Counted from the stretch's first letter, positions 27,301 through 42,325 are shown. The stretch is DNA of 64,000 nt from Octopus vulgaris (GCA_951406725.2 OX597832.1:32860001-32924000); one strand, 5' to 3'. The notes: a model not told the origin generated them from the sequence alone. Numbers and translations: made by a program.

Positions 27301-27457
27301 AATATATATTTATTTATATATATGTATGTATGTATGTATTATGTATGTATATAAATTAGTAAAGAAAAACACCTTTTATCAATTCAATAATGAAAAATTA
27401 AATTATACCATCTAGAAAATTACATATATATGTATACACACACACACACACACAAAC

Positions 27458-27507
<50 letters not shown>

Positions 27508-27509
27508 CT

Positions 27510-29590
27510 ATCAAAATAAGTAACAAGGATATCCAGAGGTAATGCAGAGCAATCTTCAGTTGCACAAAGGCATAGAATTTAATTAAATTAGAACAGATGG
27601 ACACACTATTATGATTATACCTAAAATCTCCAAGAAGTTAAGGAGATGGACAATGAACATGCTGACTCACTCCAGTTTAGAAGTTATACATTGTTACAGA
27701 CTCTATCTGTCACTGATTTTGTTGTTTTTATGGGGTCAATTTTAATTTATTGACTAGCTTATCAAATCCCTTGTATATCTAAGGCTGAGAGTACAAAGAG
27801 CAGTATATGTTACGAGTAGGATTAGGGCTGAGGGACCAGACATACATCATAGTTGATATAGTCATAAAAATCAAGATTTATTAGAAGAAATATCATGAGG
27901 TGTGGTAAAGGAAAACTTAAAACAAGATGTTAGCTGATAATTAAGGGGCTGGCACACTAGCAGACTATTGGTAATGAAACAGGGGAAGTCTCATCATGTA
28001 GTACTAAAGTTAAATATTTTAAACAATATTGCTATATTGTATCCAGTTAAAGTTTAGGATTATTCAAAGGATTATTAAGAAGAATATTATAACAAAAGGA
28101 TAGAAATTTATGAATACTTTTGAGTATATACCAAACTTTTACCACAATAGAGGGAGGAAAAGAAATTATCCAGAAATAGTTTAATATCTATACATATTGT
28201 ACACTTAAATACAAACTCATCAGATGGTATCTCTGAATATTGATTAATTGGTATATACTGTTATTAATAAAGGAATATTGTGGTAAAGGAACATGCTAAT
28301 TATATATTAATAAAATTATAATCTAAGCAGTATTTTTTATAAGTAGTGAATATACCAGTATAGTTTTATATAACCTAAGTTGAATTTATAGAGATACAAA
28401 AATTAGAATAATTTTATAAATATATAAAGGCTAATGATAAAATAGTAACGAAATAAAATAAAATAATCAAGTAGGGCAGAACAGCATAGAAGATGAAATA
28501 AAATGGCTTAATTACTAATACTATGCTAAAGTATATGTAGCTTATTAACACCAATAGAGAAGATTTATAGAAAAAGTATAATAATTCAAAATATATTAGA
28601 CTAAAAATTATATATTTACTTATTTAGCTAATATCAATAGCTAATATCTGGTATCAGCTAAAGGGATATTTAAGCTATGGAACAATCGTATTTTACACTA
28701 ATCTTTTTTTTTAAATTAAGGGTTATATTATAGGTTTAAGAAATTATTATGGATACTCCCTACATGATATTTTTAGTTTCTTAGTGGTACATATTTAGAA
28801 GGGTTATTTATATAAAGGCCCTTATAAATACTAAGATCAGGAGGGTAGAGCCATTTAAGAAAGAGATAAATGAAGTAATTTCTAAATATCATTTCAAACA
28901 ATATTGTCTTATTGTAGAAAGTTGGAATTGAGGGTAATCAAGAAGATTATTAAGAATGAAAATTTAAAAAAAAAGATACCACTTCTTTGAATACTTTTGA
29001 GTTTATACCAAATTTTTTTACCACATTAGAGGGAGGAAAAAGAAAATTGCAAAGGAATAGATTAATATTTATATACTTATTACTTATCTAAAATATTCAC
29101 TTATTATAAGGTTTCTATGGAGATTGATCAAATGGATTTAACTGGTATTCAATAAGGGAGCAACTGGGGTTAAAGAACATGTCAAATATATACTGATTTA
29201 ATTAAAGTTGAACTAATTTTAAGTTGTGGAGATATCGCTATTAACTTCTATAAACTGAGTATGAATTAATATGTAAGATATTATAGTTGCAGACCCATTA
29301 TCCAAGGAAAGTGGTGTTTAGAAATGCTTCTTGTCAAAGGAATCTACGTCTGCACACTTTCTAGTTGTAATTACAAAATATGAACTCTTATTTCCCTTTA
29401 TACTTCTCATTTCCATCCTTTTCCAGTATAATTCCGCATATTGAACTCTACCGTTTCCCTCTACTTAACCATCTCACATCGTCTCTGATGAAGGGATATC
29501 TGTAATATCCCAGAAACAGATGTGAGACGCACTTTCTCTTTATAAATGTCCTGGAACTTCCGCACAGCCTTGGTTTGTTGTCTCATTTTA
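27510..29590 (+). mobile_element. CpG-poor Penelope-like composite: inverted pLTR, duplicated decayed coding module, 3' hammerhead-bearing end
   Basis: 27510-27700 is the reverse-complement homolog of 23950-24170; diverged ~875-bp-spaced duplication; hammerhead at 29480-29529. Confidence 0.55.
29480..29529 (+). ncRNA. Minimal hammerhead motif (related to 4423/4574; cleavage site mutated to GUG)
   Basis: cgtct CTGATGA a-gggatat-ctgta-atatccc-a GAAA cagatg TG agacg. Confidence 0.72.
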
Positions 29591-29597
29591 TATAAAA

Positions 29598-29649
<52 letters not shown>

Positions 29650-30220
29650 TACATATGGGTACATATATACAGAGTGAGAGAGAGAAGGAGAAAGGGATAG
29701 CGATAATGATAGTTAATTTGCTGTTGCTTGCAGAGAGATGTTTGTGCTAAATGTGATAGAATCCGATGACGATTAGAATAGTCAACACGAAGGAATTGTT
29801 TAATGGGGTTGTTGATTTTAGAAATGGTGTTTATATGGACAAGATGTATGTTGGAGTGGGAGAGCAAGAGAGGAGAACAAGGAAGAAGGGAATCATGAGG
29901 TAATTAAAGAGAAGAGGGAGTGGTTGTTGTAGTTGCTGTTGGACATGACCTATCGATATTGTAATCGCAGTGATCAATGACGACGGGAAGTAATGATGAT
30001 GATGTTGATGATGATGACGATTGTGATGATGATGAAGAGGTTGAGGATGAAGAGGAGGATGAGGATGAAGGGGAGGATGATTAAATTATTGAATCCGTTG
30101 ACGAAACTAGGAATGGTTAAATCACTTCACAGTATGTCAAGCAAAACCAAACGCACACTACTCAGAAAAAATGAGCACAAATATCGGTGTATATGCCATT
30201 ATATACATATATATATATAT

Positions 30221-31255
30221 AATGTAAAGTATAGAAGCCATCTTATCATGGCTAACCACATTGGGGAGGGGGATGTTACTGTAGCTTTATAGCCTCAAGA
30301 GACCTTTGTCTCTAGCTGGCTTTAGACACAATATATGTGTCCTTGGAGTATTTGCAAAGGGAGGCCATCCCTTCCTCGCAAGCCTGAGTGATACGCTCGA
30401 ACTAGTTTCGGGATTGTTGTCCCTCGTCAACGGGCGGTAACCACCAGGTAGCGATGAAAGAGAAGGCTCCTTTGCAAATAGATATAAGTTTTTCTAATGG
30501 CGTCTGCCACTGATGTCGAAAAACGAACATTAAGCATAATTAAATCTCAGAATGAGATTGAAACAGTAATCGCTCGATAATGATAAGTATAGAAGCTATC
30601 TTATCATGACTAACCACATTGGGGAGGGGGTGTTACTGTAGCTTTATAGCCCCAAGAGATCTTCGTCTCTAGCTAGCTTTAGACACAATATCTGTGTCCT
30701 TGGAGTATTTGAAAAGGGAGGCCATCCCTTCCTCGCAAGCCTGAGTGATACGCTCGAACTAGTTTCGGGATTGTTGTCCCTCGTCAACGGACGGTAACCA
30801 CCAGGTAGCGATGAAAGAGAAGGCTCCTTTGCAAATAGATATAAGTTTTTCTAATGGCGTCTGCCACTGATGTCAAAAAAATGAACAGTAAGCATAATTA
30901 AATGAGATTGAAACAGTAATCGCTCGAAGACGCCATTAAAAAAACTAATATCTATTTGCAAAGGAGCCTTCTCTTTCATCGCTACCTGGTGGTTACCGCC
31001 CGTTGACGAGGGACAACAATCCCGAAACTAGTTCGAGCGTATCACTCAAGCTTGCGAGGAAGGGATGGCCTCCCTTTTCAAATACTCCAAGGACACAGAT
31101 ATTGTGTCTAAAGCCAGCTAGAGACGAAGATCTCTTGGGGCTATAAAGCTACAGTAACGCCCCCTCCCCAATGTGGTTAGCCATGATAAGATGGCTTCTA
31201 TACTTTACATTATCGAGCTATTACTGTTTCAATCTCATTCTGAGATTTAATTATG

Positions 31256-31256
<1 letters not shown>
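30221..31256. mobile_element. Retrozyme/Penelope-like array: two ~358-bp tandem units plus an inverted unit, in (TA)n
   Basis: agaagc at 30233 and 30591; inversion junction near 30928; hammerhead motifs at 30395-30435 (-), 30752-30792 (-) and 30998-31038 (+). Confidence 0.85.
30998..31038 (+). ncRNA. Minimal hammerhead motif (U3.G8 variant, GUU site)
   Basis: gcccg TTGACGA ggga-caacaa-tccc GAAA ctag TT cgagc. Confidence 0.75.
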
Positions 31257-31334
<78 letters not shown>

Positions 31335-32440
31335 ATGTATGTATATACATACATACATATAATACATACATACATACATACATACATACATACATACACA
31401 TTTATATATACATTCAATGTATAAATATACATACCTACACACGTGCGCGCATATACGTTTATGTATTTGTTTTGCACAATCTCTGACGTGAACTCGTGTG
31501 TTGAGAGAGATATTATAATATTTGGGGATGCTTATATATTGAGTGTGTGTGTCGGGGGGAGGTTGCCAATTAAACACGCGCACACATTATATACTTATTC
31601 TTCACTTTAGCTTTCTTCCTTCTCTTTTTTTTCTTTTATTATCATTAATTTAGTGTCACGTGTCTGAAATCTTTCGTCACACTTACCGTGACATCAGCAA
31701 CGGTGCACTATTCCTTCGTGTCTGGTCCTGTTCTGTTTCGTGCTCCCTCGGGATATCTGAAGAAAGATTTCACCCTAGGGACACTATAACTATAACGATA
31801 ACAATAAAACTGAAGAGAAGAACAAATATATAATTGGTTTGGTTAATTAGCAAAAACAATATGACCTTAATAAAAAATAACAATGCACCCCGCAACACAC
31901 ACACATGTAGGTAGTGTTTATCCCTGTGAGATTATAATGTGAGAACACTCACAATAATAATGTGAGTGTTCTCTAAGAGACGACGATACTGCAATTTTAA
32001 CCCCAGGAAGATATCTTATCCAGCTGTTATATTCACAGCGCTTTCTGCACTCCATATTTATTGCCAGCGGGAGATAACTCTATCCAGCCTAGCTTCGAGA
32101 ACATTAGACGTCGTAATTTTGATGTTATTAGATCTCTTCGGCGGTGGACATTTATTTGTTCGGTAACGCAGTTGTTTAACCTTGAATGCAACATTTGGAA
32201 ATTGCTATAACCTACAATCACTCATTTTGTATCTAGGAAACTAGTCCCTTGCAAAAATCCCTGTCAGAAAAAGAAGCAGTACCCGAACCAATACCATGTC
32301 TTTAGCCCAATTTTAAATCGGGTGTGCTGCAAGAGACGACGATACTGAAATTTTAACCCCAGGAATACAGCTCCTTCTTCTGGTTTATTCACTAAGCTCT
32401 CCGCACTCGATATTCAATGCACGCGCGAAATAACTCCCGA

Positions 32441-32660
<220 letters not shown>

Positions 32661-33684
32661 CATACATATGTAGATAGATTCATTACATATATAGATAAAT
32701 ACATAGATACATAGATACATAGAAAAATACATAGATATATAGATAGACAGACAGACTGACATATAAATTGACGTAAATACATATACACGCATGCACACAA
32801 ACACACAGACATGCACACACATAGATTTCTGTGTATGAATAAATGCAGAACGTTAACTGAGATGTGTGTGTGTGCGTGTGTGCGTGTATTTCTTTCTTGT
32901 GCTTAACTATGTCATATTTCCATGCGTCGTGACAGAAGCATTGTTATCTCATTATTCTTGCAGTGATATATAATTCGGTTCCTCAATTTAATCTGGCAAT
33001 GTATGTGAGTTGCGAAAATAGGAAGAGAAAGAGGAAATGCAAAACAAAAAGACACAAAAAGAAGAGAGAATAATCAGGTGGGGAATATGAAGGAGACGGA
33101 GGAGGTGTGGCAGGTGGATGAGGCGTAGTGTGAGGACGGGAGAGAATGTTAACGTCAAAAAGAAGTGGAGGATGTGATTAATGTGAAGCGAAGTTGATAT
33201 TTGGAATGTTCAGTGAGGGAAAATCTCCATTTATTAATTATAGGTTTTCGTCTTGCGCTCTCTGACACACAAACCCTCCACACTCCCCCGCACACATGCA
33301 GGTATTTATACATGTATGTGTGTGCGTTTGTGTGTACAGGCGCATGCTTACATGCATATCACATACATAGGTGCTTTTGTAGAAAGCATGCATGCTCTCT
33401 CTCAAACTCGTGCTCACGACTGATTAGCCATATATAAACACACACATGCACGCCGCTGCAGAATCTTTGACTTACTAACAGACACACAGAGAAGCACATA
33501 CGCGACTATGTTATAAATATATGTCTGTGCGTTTGTGCGTGCATGTATGTATTTACGTGTGCTAGCTTATATATATATATATATATATACACATATATAC
33601 TTATATATCTCTAGTTTATATACAATATCTATCTATCCATCTGACTGTCTGTCTATCTCTATCTCTCTCTCTATATATATATGC

Positions 33685-33725
<41 letters not shown>

Positions 33726-34246
33726 TATAAAGAGAGAGGGAGAGAGAGAGAGAAAAATAGAGAGATAGATATACAGACAGACAGACAGATAAACAGATAG
33801 ATAGATAATGATGATAGAAAGTGGAATTCAGGAGATTTTATTCAGGGTAACTACGATCGTTTCGACACATCATGCTCCAGTATTCCAAAGGTGAGATCCT
33901 ATATAATTTTCTTGCACCACAGGTGCAAATGAATTCCCGCAGCTGACTTTGAAAGGCGTCCTGGTTTTTCCTTTTCTATTTTTTTTATTTCCACAACAAT
34001 ACATTTTAGTGTGGCACGGTATCCGTCTCCATAAGGAACTGAAATACAATAAGACAATCCTTGTCATATCAAGAATAAAATAAAGTAGGCAAGGATAAAA
34101 TATAAACAATAAAAACCCAAACTAAAACGAAATCATATGAAATAAGACACAAACACAATAAAATCATAAAATATACATCAGAATACAACAAAATCTGACC
34201 TTTACACAGACCTTTACATATCAAAAGCTTGCATATAGAATGTATG

Positions 34247-34318
<72 letters not shown>

Positions 34319-36563
34319 TTATGTCCGTATGTATGTATATACAGAGAGGGAGAGAGAGAGCTGTAGGGAGAGAGAGAGAGGGAGACAGAGATAGAGGGAG
34401 AGAGAGACACATACAGAAACACATGGTAGGAAAATAGGAACACCATTGTATCACTGACTAGGAAGCGTAAACGCCCGAATACTAGCGAAGATTATTTTTT
34501 GCTTTGAGATGTCCATGTGCATATATGAGTATGTGTGTGTGTGTATTTATATATGCGTGTATGTATGCATATATATGTATGTATCTATGTATGTATGCAT
34601 GTTTGTATGTGAGTATGTATGTTAGGTAATTATATAGGTATATATGTATGAATGTGCACGCGTGTATATATGTATATACAGATGCATCTGTGTGTGAGTC
34701 TGTACATATAAATATATACAAAAATACATAGAACCGTGCCTACACACACACACACACACAAACACACAGATACATACACTCAGATGTTTAAGTAGGTTAC
34801 CAGCTAAGTTGGTGCTGGAAAATAGAGCAATTACCAGTCTTGGCATTGATGCAAATTATTATATATTCCCTTTATTGGAAACGGTGAGATAATTAACAAT
34901 ATTCTTGCAGACGTGTGCATCGAATCTGCGCTCATGTTCGATCTTTGCTAATTTTGTTGACACTTATCAAATTTGATATTGTCGCCAAGTATAATAGTTT
35001 TCTTTTTGGTTTTTGTTGTTGTTGTTACTTTTCAATGTGTTGCCGTATTACGACATTGCTAATGCTTGACATCGCTTGTTAGTTGCATTGTTCTTATCGA
35101 AACAACCTCATTAGCTAAGATAAGCAATCAGTCACACGGGCGTTGACGTTGTATGTTTCTGTTTTTTTTTTTTTGCATTTTAAATACGTTCGTCTTACAA
35201 GCAATGGCAACGGTTCCTGTTTCGATTTATGAACTTAGATTAATAGCAAATTCGGAATATTTTTGTCCTTCATTATCTCCTCTTCGATTATTGTCTCGTG
35301 GGTGGCTGGAAGTTGGTTTCAATGACTACAAACCGACAGTACATTCTATAATACAATTAAGAGTTTTACCAGTATCTTTGAAAACGTGATTTTGCTGCCA
35401 TGAACATTAATAAGGAAATATGGCAAACATACAATACTCATCATTTAATTTTTATCTAATTTCTTGGAGCTTATACAACACGATGGAATGGACGCTATTT
35501 CACAAAAGAGCAGCATTTATTGACTTAAAATATACCGAATTTACTCGTGTACATGTTACATTCTCTTCGAGATGGTTTTTACCTAAAAGAAATGATGTGT
35601 GACATATAAACAGAGCAAAGCTGATATGAAGTTTGTTTTCGAAGTCAAAAACGTTTGTACAAATGTTACGGTTCTGTTTTGTGGTTTTGGAAGATTCTTG
35701 ATGTGGAATCGTGTATTGAAACATATATTTTTATACTTGCGGAAGGTCATATTTTGCCAATGAAACACACGCACCATACATTTGGTCTTCATTTCATTTT
35801 AGTTTCTTTCGTGACAATGATATTTAGATAATAATGATAATAAAAAAAATTGAAGTGAAGACCAAATATGTAGTAAATAACAGTAAATAAGGGGTACGAC
35901 TTCTACCGGTGTAAATATAGTCATTGTTCAAACCAAATTCCTATAACAAAGTTATTAGGCAGCCATCCTGCAAATCTCTTGCTAACTACATCTCTCGCTT
36001 TCAATTCCTCTCTATCTTACACATCATCTCCATCTCTCAGTCTATAAGATGTAAAGTGTGATTGCTGGAATCAGTCAACCAAGCAAACAACCAGATAAAC
36101 AAACAAACAAACAACTACTCTATATTTGTATCGAATGTTGATATTACATGGCAATGCTGGGAACACGAATAACATTGCGTGGTTCAAGGCTGGAAAGAAT
36201 GTTAACGAGTTATTTGTGTGAATCACATTAACATGAGGTGTTAATAATAATCGACAGTCAAATGGTGAAAGGTCCAGGTAATCCCGTTAGGTTAATGACC
36301 GGAAGCAATACACGTAAGATATAACGTTTGGGGTTTGTTGTTAATTTGTAAATGAAGCAAGGTGAAGCTCCCTTTCCGATTGTACTATGGGCAACGACAT
36401 CTGTAAAGGAGCGGAGGGGTTAATAAGTTCACCTCACAATCAGCTGTTGTGAGATCCGTTCCACTGTAGCTGCCGGTTGTCCTGTAATGAAGGTATTCGA
36501 AAATTGTATGCATGCATAAATATTTAATATCGCATTTATTTTATACTTATTCGTATTATTACC

Positions 36564-36578
36564 CATCATCATCATCGT

Positions 36579-36610
<32 letters not shown>

Positions 36611-36676
36611 TCATAATCATCATCATCATCATCATCGTCGTCGTCATCATCATCATCATAATCATCATAATCATCA
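36564..36676. repeat. (ATC)n-type trinucleotide microsatellite
   Basis: Direct reading. Confidence 0.95.
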
Positions 36677-36802
36677 CTATTCAAGTTCGTGAATGATGGA
36701 ATAATAATGCTTCCTCTAAGAAATCAAAATGTACAAGAAAAAAATGGTACGTACGTGGATGAACTTGGCTATGGACATAATCTAATTATTGCTACAAACC
36801 AA

Positions 36803-36961
<159 letters not shown>

Positions 36962-37320
36962 GTCCATAGATGCAGTATAGGAATAAAAAACTGGGGTCGA
37001 TATATTCTACAAAATAACTTTCGAATGAGTTCTTGCAATATGGACATGATACATAGCGTAACACAACTAAAATTTTTAAAAATATATATAATACTAAACG
37101 TGGTAATATCAATGAATGGTGCATAGCTGATATAACATATTATCAACCGTTATTCCTAAATAAAAGAATATTGATGAAAACCGCATACGTCCATACTATA
37201 TTATTAGGGAACGAATTCCTGAATAACAGAATAAATGTATATAATAAAAAGTGCATTCCCAGAATATCCATATTATTACCAACCCTATTCGTGAATGAAA
37301 GTATGCAACGAATATTATTG

Positions 37321-37338
37321 TATACTTAAACTAGCCAT

Positions 37339-37422
<84 letters not shown>

Positions 37423-37456
37423 TGTATATATAAATATATATAAGTATGTAGGCATT

Positions 37457-37494
<38 letters not shown>

Positions 37495-37526
37495 TACGTA
37501 TGTATTTATGTATATATATATATATG

Positions 37527-37574
<48 letters not shown>

Positions 37575-37585
37575 CTGCATGCATT

Positions 37586-37623
<38 letters not shown>

Positions 37624-37639
37624 TATGTATGTATTTATG

Positions 37640-37701
<62 letters not shown>

Positions 37702-37980
37702 CATACTTATATATATATATATATATGTAAATATGCATATTTATGTAAGCATGTATATATACATATATGCATATGCATGTATACATACATATATATATAT
37801 ATACATATATACACACATACATATGTACAGACGCATATAAAGACAAATACACATGTATATGTGTGTTGGTATATATATATGTATATATTTGTGTGTATAT
37901 ATGTATGTCTATATATATATATATTTATATATGTATACATGCGTGTGTGTATGTACATATATGTATGGATGTGTGTGTGT
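37321..37980. repeat. Compound TA-rich microsatellite with internal higher-order repetition
   Basis: Recurring gcatttatgtatatata...aagta(c/t)gtatgtatttatg blocks. Confidence 0.9.
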
Positions 37981-38276
37981 GCCTGCGTATGATATGAGCA
38001 GAATAACGAGATCTATACCGGGAATTATGGAAGCAACGGCGTATACAAAACATTTGCGAAAACTGTATCCACAACATAGAATGTTATTTGCCACTGTATA
38101 CAATCCTGAATGAGAAATAATTAGAGATGTTCAGTATTCCTCAGAAGAACTGTTTCAATGCATATTTTAAAGAAAGAACGAGAAGCTTCCATTGATTACG
38201 TCTGGAAATGTATAAAGCTTTTTGCAATGTTTACCGTATCAATTGTGAGAAAAGTGCGAGAAGATGTATGTATGTA

Positions 38277-38360
<84 letters not shown>

Positions 38361-38840
38361 TACTATTGTAGATAGCACAAACAATCGACCGAGGAAGGAT
38401 TTTGTGATTCAATAGTCATTTGTTGTTCAAAATTTGCTCTCTTGATGTCATTCTTTCGCATCATTTTTGTATCTGGCTGTTTGAGTGGAAACCTTTGATC
38501 TCACCACACTTTGATTTTGAATAATAACTGAGACAGATGGAAGGAAAGGAACAAGTTATTAGCAGACATTTGATCTCAGCCGGATATTTGGAATGCAATG
38601 TTCTCTCCCTTAACAGTGGTTGATAGAGATAAAGCTGTCTGACTTGGTTAGACAATTTATTCAAGCCTGGTAAAGATTAAATACGTTGCCACGTAGGACC
38701 GGTGCAAAAATCAACAAATTTTATCCATATAATCCCTATAACGTATTACATAATGGACCTCAAATTTATTGGTTCGTTATATGTACATAAATGTATATCT
38801 ACCTGGATGTATGTTTGTGTAAGAAAACATACATAGCTAT

Positions 38841-38975
<135 letters not shown>

Positions 38976-39001
38976 TGTGTGTGTATATATATATATATAT
39001 A

Positions 39002-39147
39002 CGCGCAGGAGTGGCTGTGTGGTAAGTCGCTTGCTTACCAAGTACATAGTGCCGGGTTCAGTCCCACTGCGTGGCTTCTACTATTCCTTCGAGCCGACCA
39101 AAACCTTGTGAGATGATTTGGTAGACAGAAACTGAAAGAAGCCCAAC

Positions 39148-39189
<42 letters not shown>

Positions 39190-39642
39190 CGGAGATGTAC
39201 TCGCATAGCAAGTAATTTGATCTGAGATCGAGTGCTGAAACGAAAACAATTGCAGCGTGGAAGGTGTTTATAAGCCATTTAAGAAACACACAAAAGCCGT
39301 TCGATTCACTTCAACATTTAAGTTTAATTTGTCAAAATATTTTCGTCGCTAAAATCCGCGACCTCTTCACTGACAAAGTCCGTGCTGCATATATATATAT
39401 ATATACATATATTTATATGTATATGTATGGGGGTGTGGGTGGTGTGTGCGTGTGTATGTATGTATGTATGTATGTATGTATGTATGTATGTATGTATGTG
39501 TGTTTGGACCCCGGTAACTTAGCGGTCGAGAAAAACAACTGATTGTGCTAGTCTTACAAGGAATATGCCCTGGGGTCGAATTGCTTATTTAAAGACAGTG
39601 CTCCAGCATGGCTGCCGTCAAATGACTGAAACAAGTAAAATA
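39002..39642 (+). mobile_element. SINE family A interrupted by a hammerhead-bearing insertion (39188-39389)
   Basis: Head cgcaggagtggctgtgtggtaag..., tail ...caaatgactgaaacaagtaaaa; unrelated 200-bp insert between TA tracts. Confidence 0.9.
39328..39377 (-). ncRNA. Minimal hammerhead-like motif (G3 variant)
   Basis: tttgtca GTGAAGA g-gtcgc-ggatttta-gcgac GAAA atat TT tgacaaa. Confidence 0.65.
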
Positions 39643-39645
39643 ATA

Positions 39646-39710
<65 letters not shown>

Positions 39711-41089
39711 CATATACATATACTTATACATATACATACATATATATGTATATGTATATTTGTAGAAAATCAAAAGACAAAGACAGGTGGAAGAACAACA
39801 CGTAAGTGCATTAGTTTGATGGTCGGGAAAATGGGAAAAGTCTATGAGTAAGTGTAATGACTACCGGAAACATCTGTAAGCCAAATTTGCCCTAATGAAG
39901 GAAAGATATGTAAGGACCATTATCTCTACTTTGTCTTATAAATGTATTTTTAATATGGATATTGCAGAACATCGGATATATTATTAGTGATGATTCTGGA
40001 TTCACAAGCTTTTTCAGGTCTTTAAACGAATTTTCCATTTGATCCTGCCTAGATTAATCAAGTCCCATCTCATATCCCATGAACAGCAAACCCCAGGCCT
40101 GCACTCTTTATCCAAATCTATCCAGTGACCTAGCCTGAAGTTTGAGTAATTGAATTTGTAGCTCTCCTTTTTGCCCTCTGTGTGTGTGTGTGTGCTTGAT
40201 ATTTTTAATTACATAACACATTCGTTTGTATCATTCCAGAAATACATTGATAACAGACATTGCTGCGTATCGCATGGATACTGCAGTAAATATCTACGTA
40301 TAATATATATATATATATATATTTCTGCATAGAATGTATGTGTCTCGAATCAATATGTATCTTAATTCTAATTCCTTCTATATATGCATTTGTGTTTGTG
40401 TGTGTGGATTTCATTTTGTAGTGTGTTTGCATAATCGTGTGCGATATGTTGTTTCTCCAGTCCTATGATATCCCACACTAAATTTTAGTATATAGTCACA
40501 TAACACAAACATATGTTGTCAACTAGAATCCTGTCACAGCCTCCATTTTACCAATCGTTTTGCTATAGAGAAAACGAATTAGCATCAAATTATAGCAGAA
40601 TATGATAATTACGAATCCGATGAGATTCTCATCGATCAAAGACACACGCACATGCACACACACACACACACATCTACTTTCTTATACTCGGTGCTCATGC
40701 CTTTATGCACATATATGTGAGATAACACATACATTCACACACGCAAACATACGCGCACACACATACCATACACATATTGATTGACAAATACATTGATATA
40801 TATATATCTGTGTGTGTATGTGTATGTGTGTGCTTGTGTGTGTGTGTGTACTGTCTACAAACACCAGACATATAGGTGTGTATGTGCGTGTTAGGCACCA
40901 TAGGAACAACACGCATATATCGTAGGTACATATATATATATGTATATACATATATATATATACGTAAACTTACATATATAAATACATGCATGCATACATA
41001 TATACATACACACACCTACATATATATGTGTGTGTATATTTATATATGTATTCATATATATATGTATATATATCTATATCTATATATAT

Positions 41090-41122
<33 letters not shown>

Positions 41123-41135
41123 GTATATATATATT

Positions 41136-41166
<31 letters not shown>

Positions 41167-41185
41167 CTATATATATATATATCTA

Positions 41186-41235
<50 letters not shown>

Positions 41236-41754
41236 TTTATGTATGTATATACATATACATTCATACCAAAGTAATGCATATGTAAATGATTGTAAATATA
41301 TGCATATCTACAGATCGAAACTGTCTATATATGTCAATAATCTAAATGTAGTTATTCCACTCAACGGACTGAAATAATCTGTCTGTGTCGGACTTGGTGA
41401 AACACTAAACTCTGTGAAATTCAATGTACGTACTACCGACTGAATGCTGTCATTACAATTATTTCCTCTGTACTCAAATTTCTCTCTGTAACATCTCGAC
41501 TGTTGTTTTCAAGTTTATGTATTTCATTTTACAGAATGGGAAAAAATATATTTGATCGAATTAATATCGTTATTTAGTGATATATCAAAGCAAAGTATTC
41601 CATTGTCCTGTTTAAATGTTGAATAATTCAAACACGGTCGTATTCTGTTATGTTGCTTTATTAAGCAAACCTTATCAGCGAAGCATGCAATTCTCCGCAT
41701 GCGCGGAAGTCTTAGCGATTCTTTGAGATTTTTCTAGAATATAATAGTCTAAGA

Positions 41755-42210
41755 TAAGGAAACTGAAAGAAACCCAATGTATGTATGTATGTATGTATAT
41801 TTGTATGTACGTATGCATGTATGTATCTATGTTTATCCACACATACGTACGTACAAATATACATACATACGTATATACGTATAGGTGTACATGAATTATG
41901 TGTGTGTGTATTTTAGCTTGTGTTTGTTCCCCAATGGCGTTTGAAAACAGGTGTTCGTTCGTTTACGTCTTCGTAACTTAGTGGTTCAAAATATGCGACG
42001 ATAAAAGAAATAGCTTGAAAATATCACTGGTGACGATACGTTCGACTCAAAAGACTTCGTGACAGAGCCCCAGCATGGTCGCAGTCAAAAGACGGAAATA
42101 TGCGAGAAGAAAAAGCAAATGTTAGTTTCAAGCATAACGTTGTGTGTAAGTAGTTCGCTTTGCAGTCACGTGGCTTCCGGTTCAGTGCCACTGGGCGGCA
42201 CCCTGTGCAA
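41755..42210 (+). mobile_element. SINE family A fragments
   Basis: ggaaactgaaagaaaccc... and tail cagcatggtcgcagtcaaaagac, followed by a second head. Confidence 0.75.
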
Positions 42211-42223
42211 TCAACTTTATATA

Positions 42224-42284
<61 letters not shown>

Positions 42285-42325
42285 ATACATACATACATAC
42301 ATACATACATACATACATACATACA

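Noticed and set aside
35198-35325. Cadherin-looking minus frame (EFAINLSS*IETGTVAIA)
   Set aside because: In-frame stop and weak acceptor; likely coincidental.
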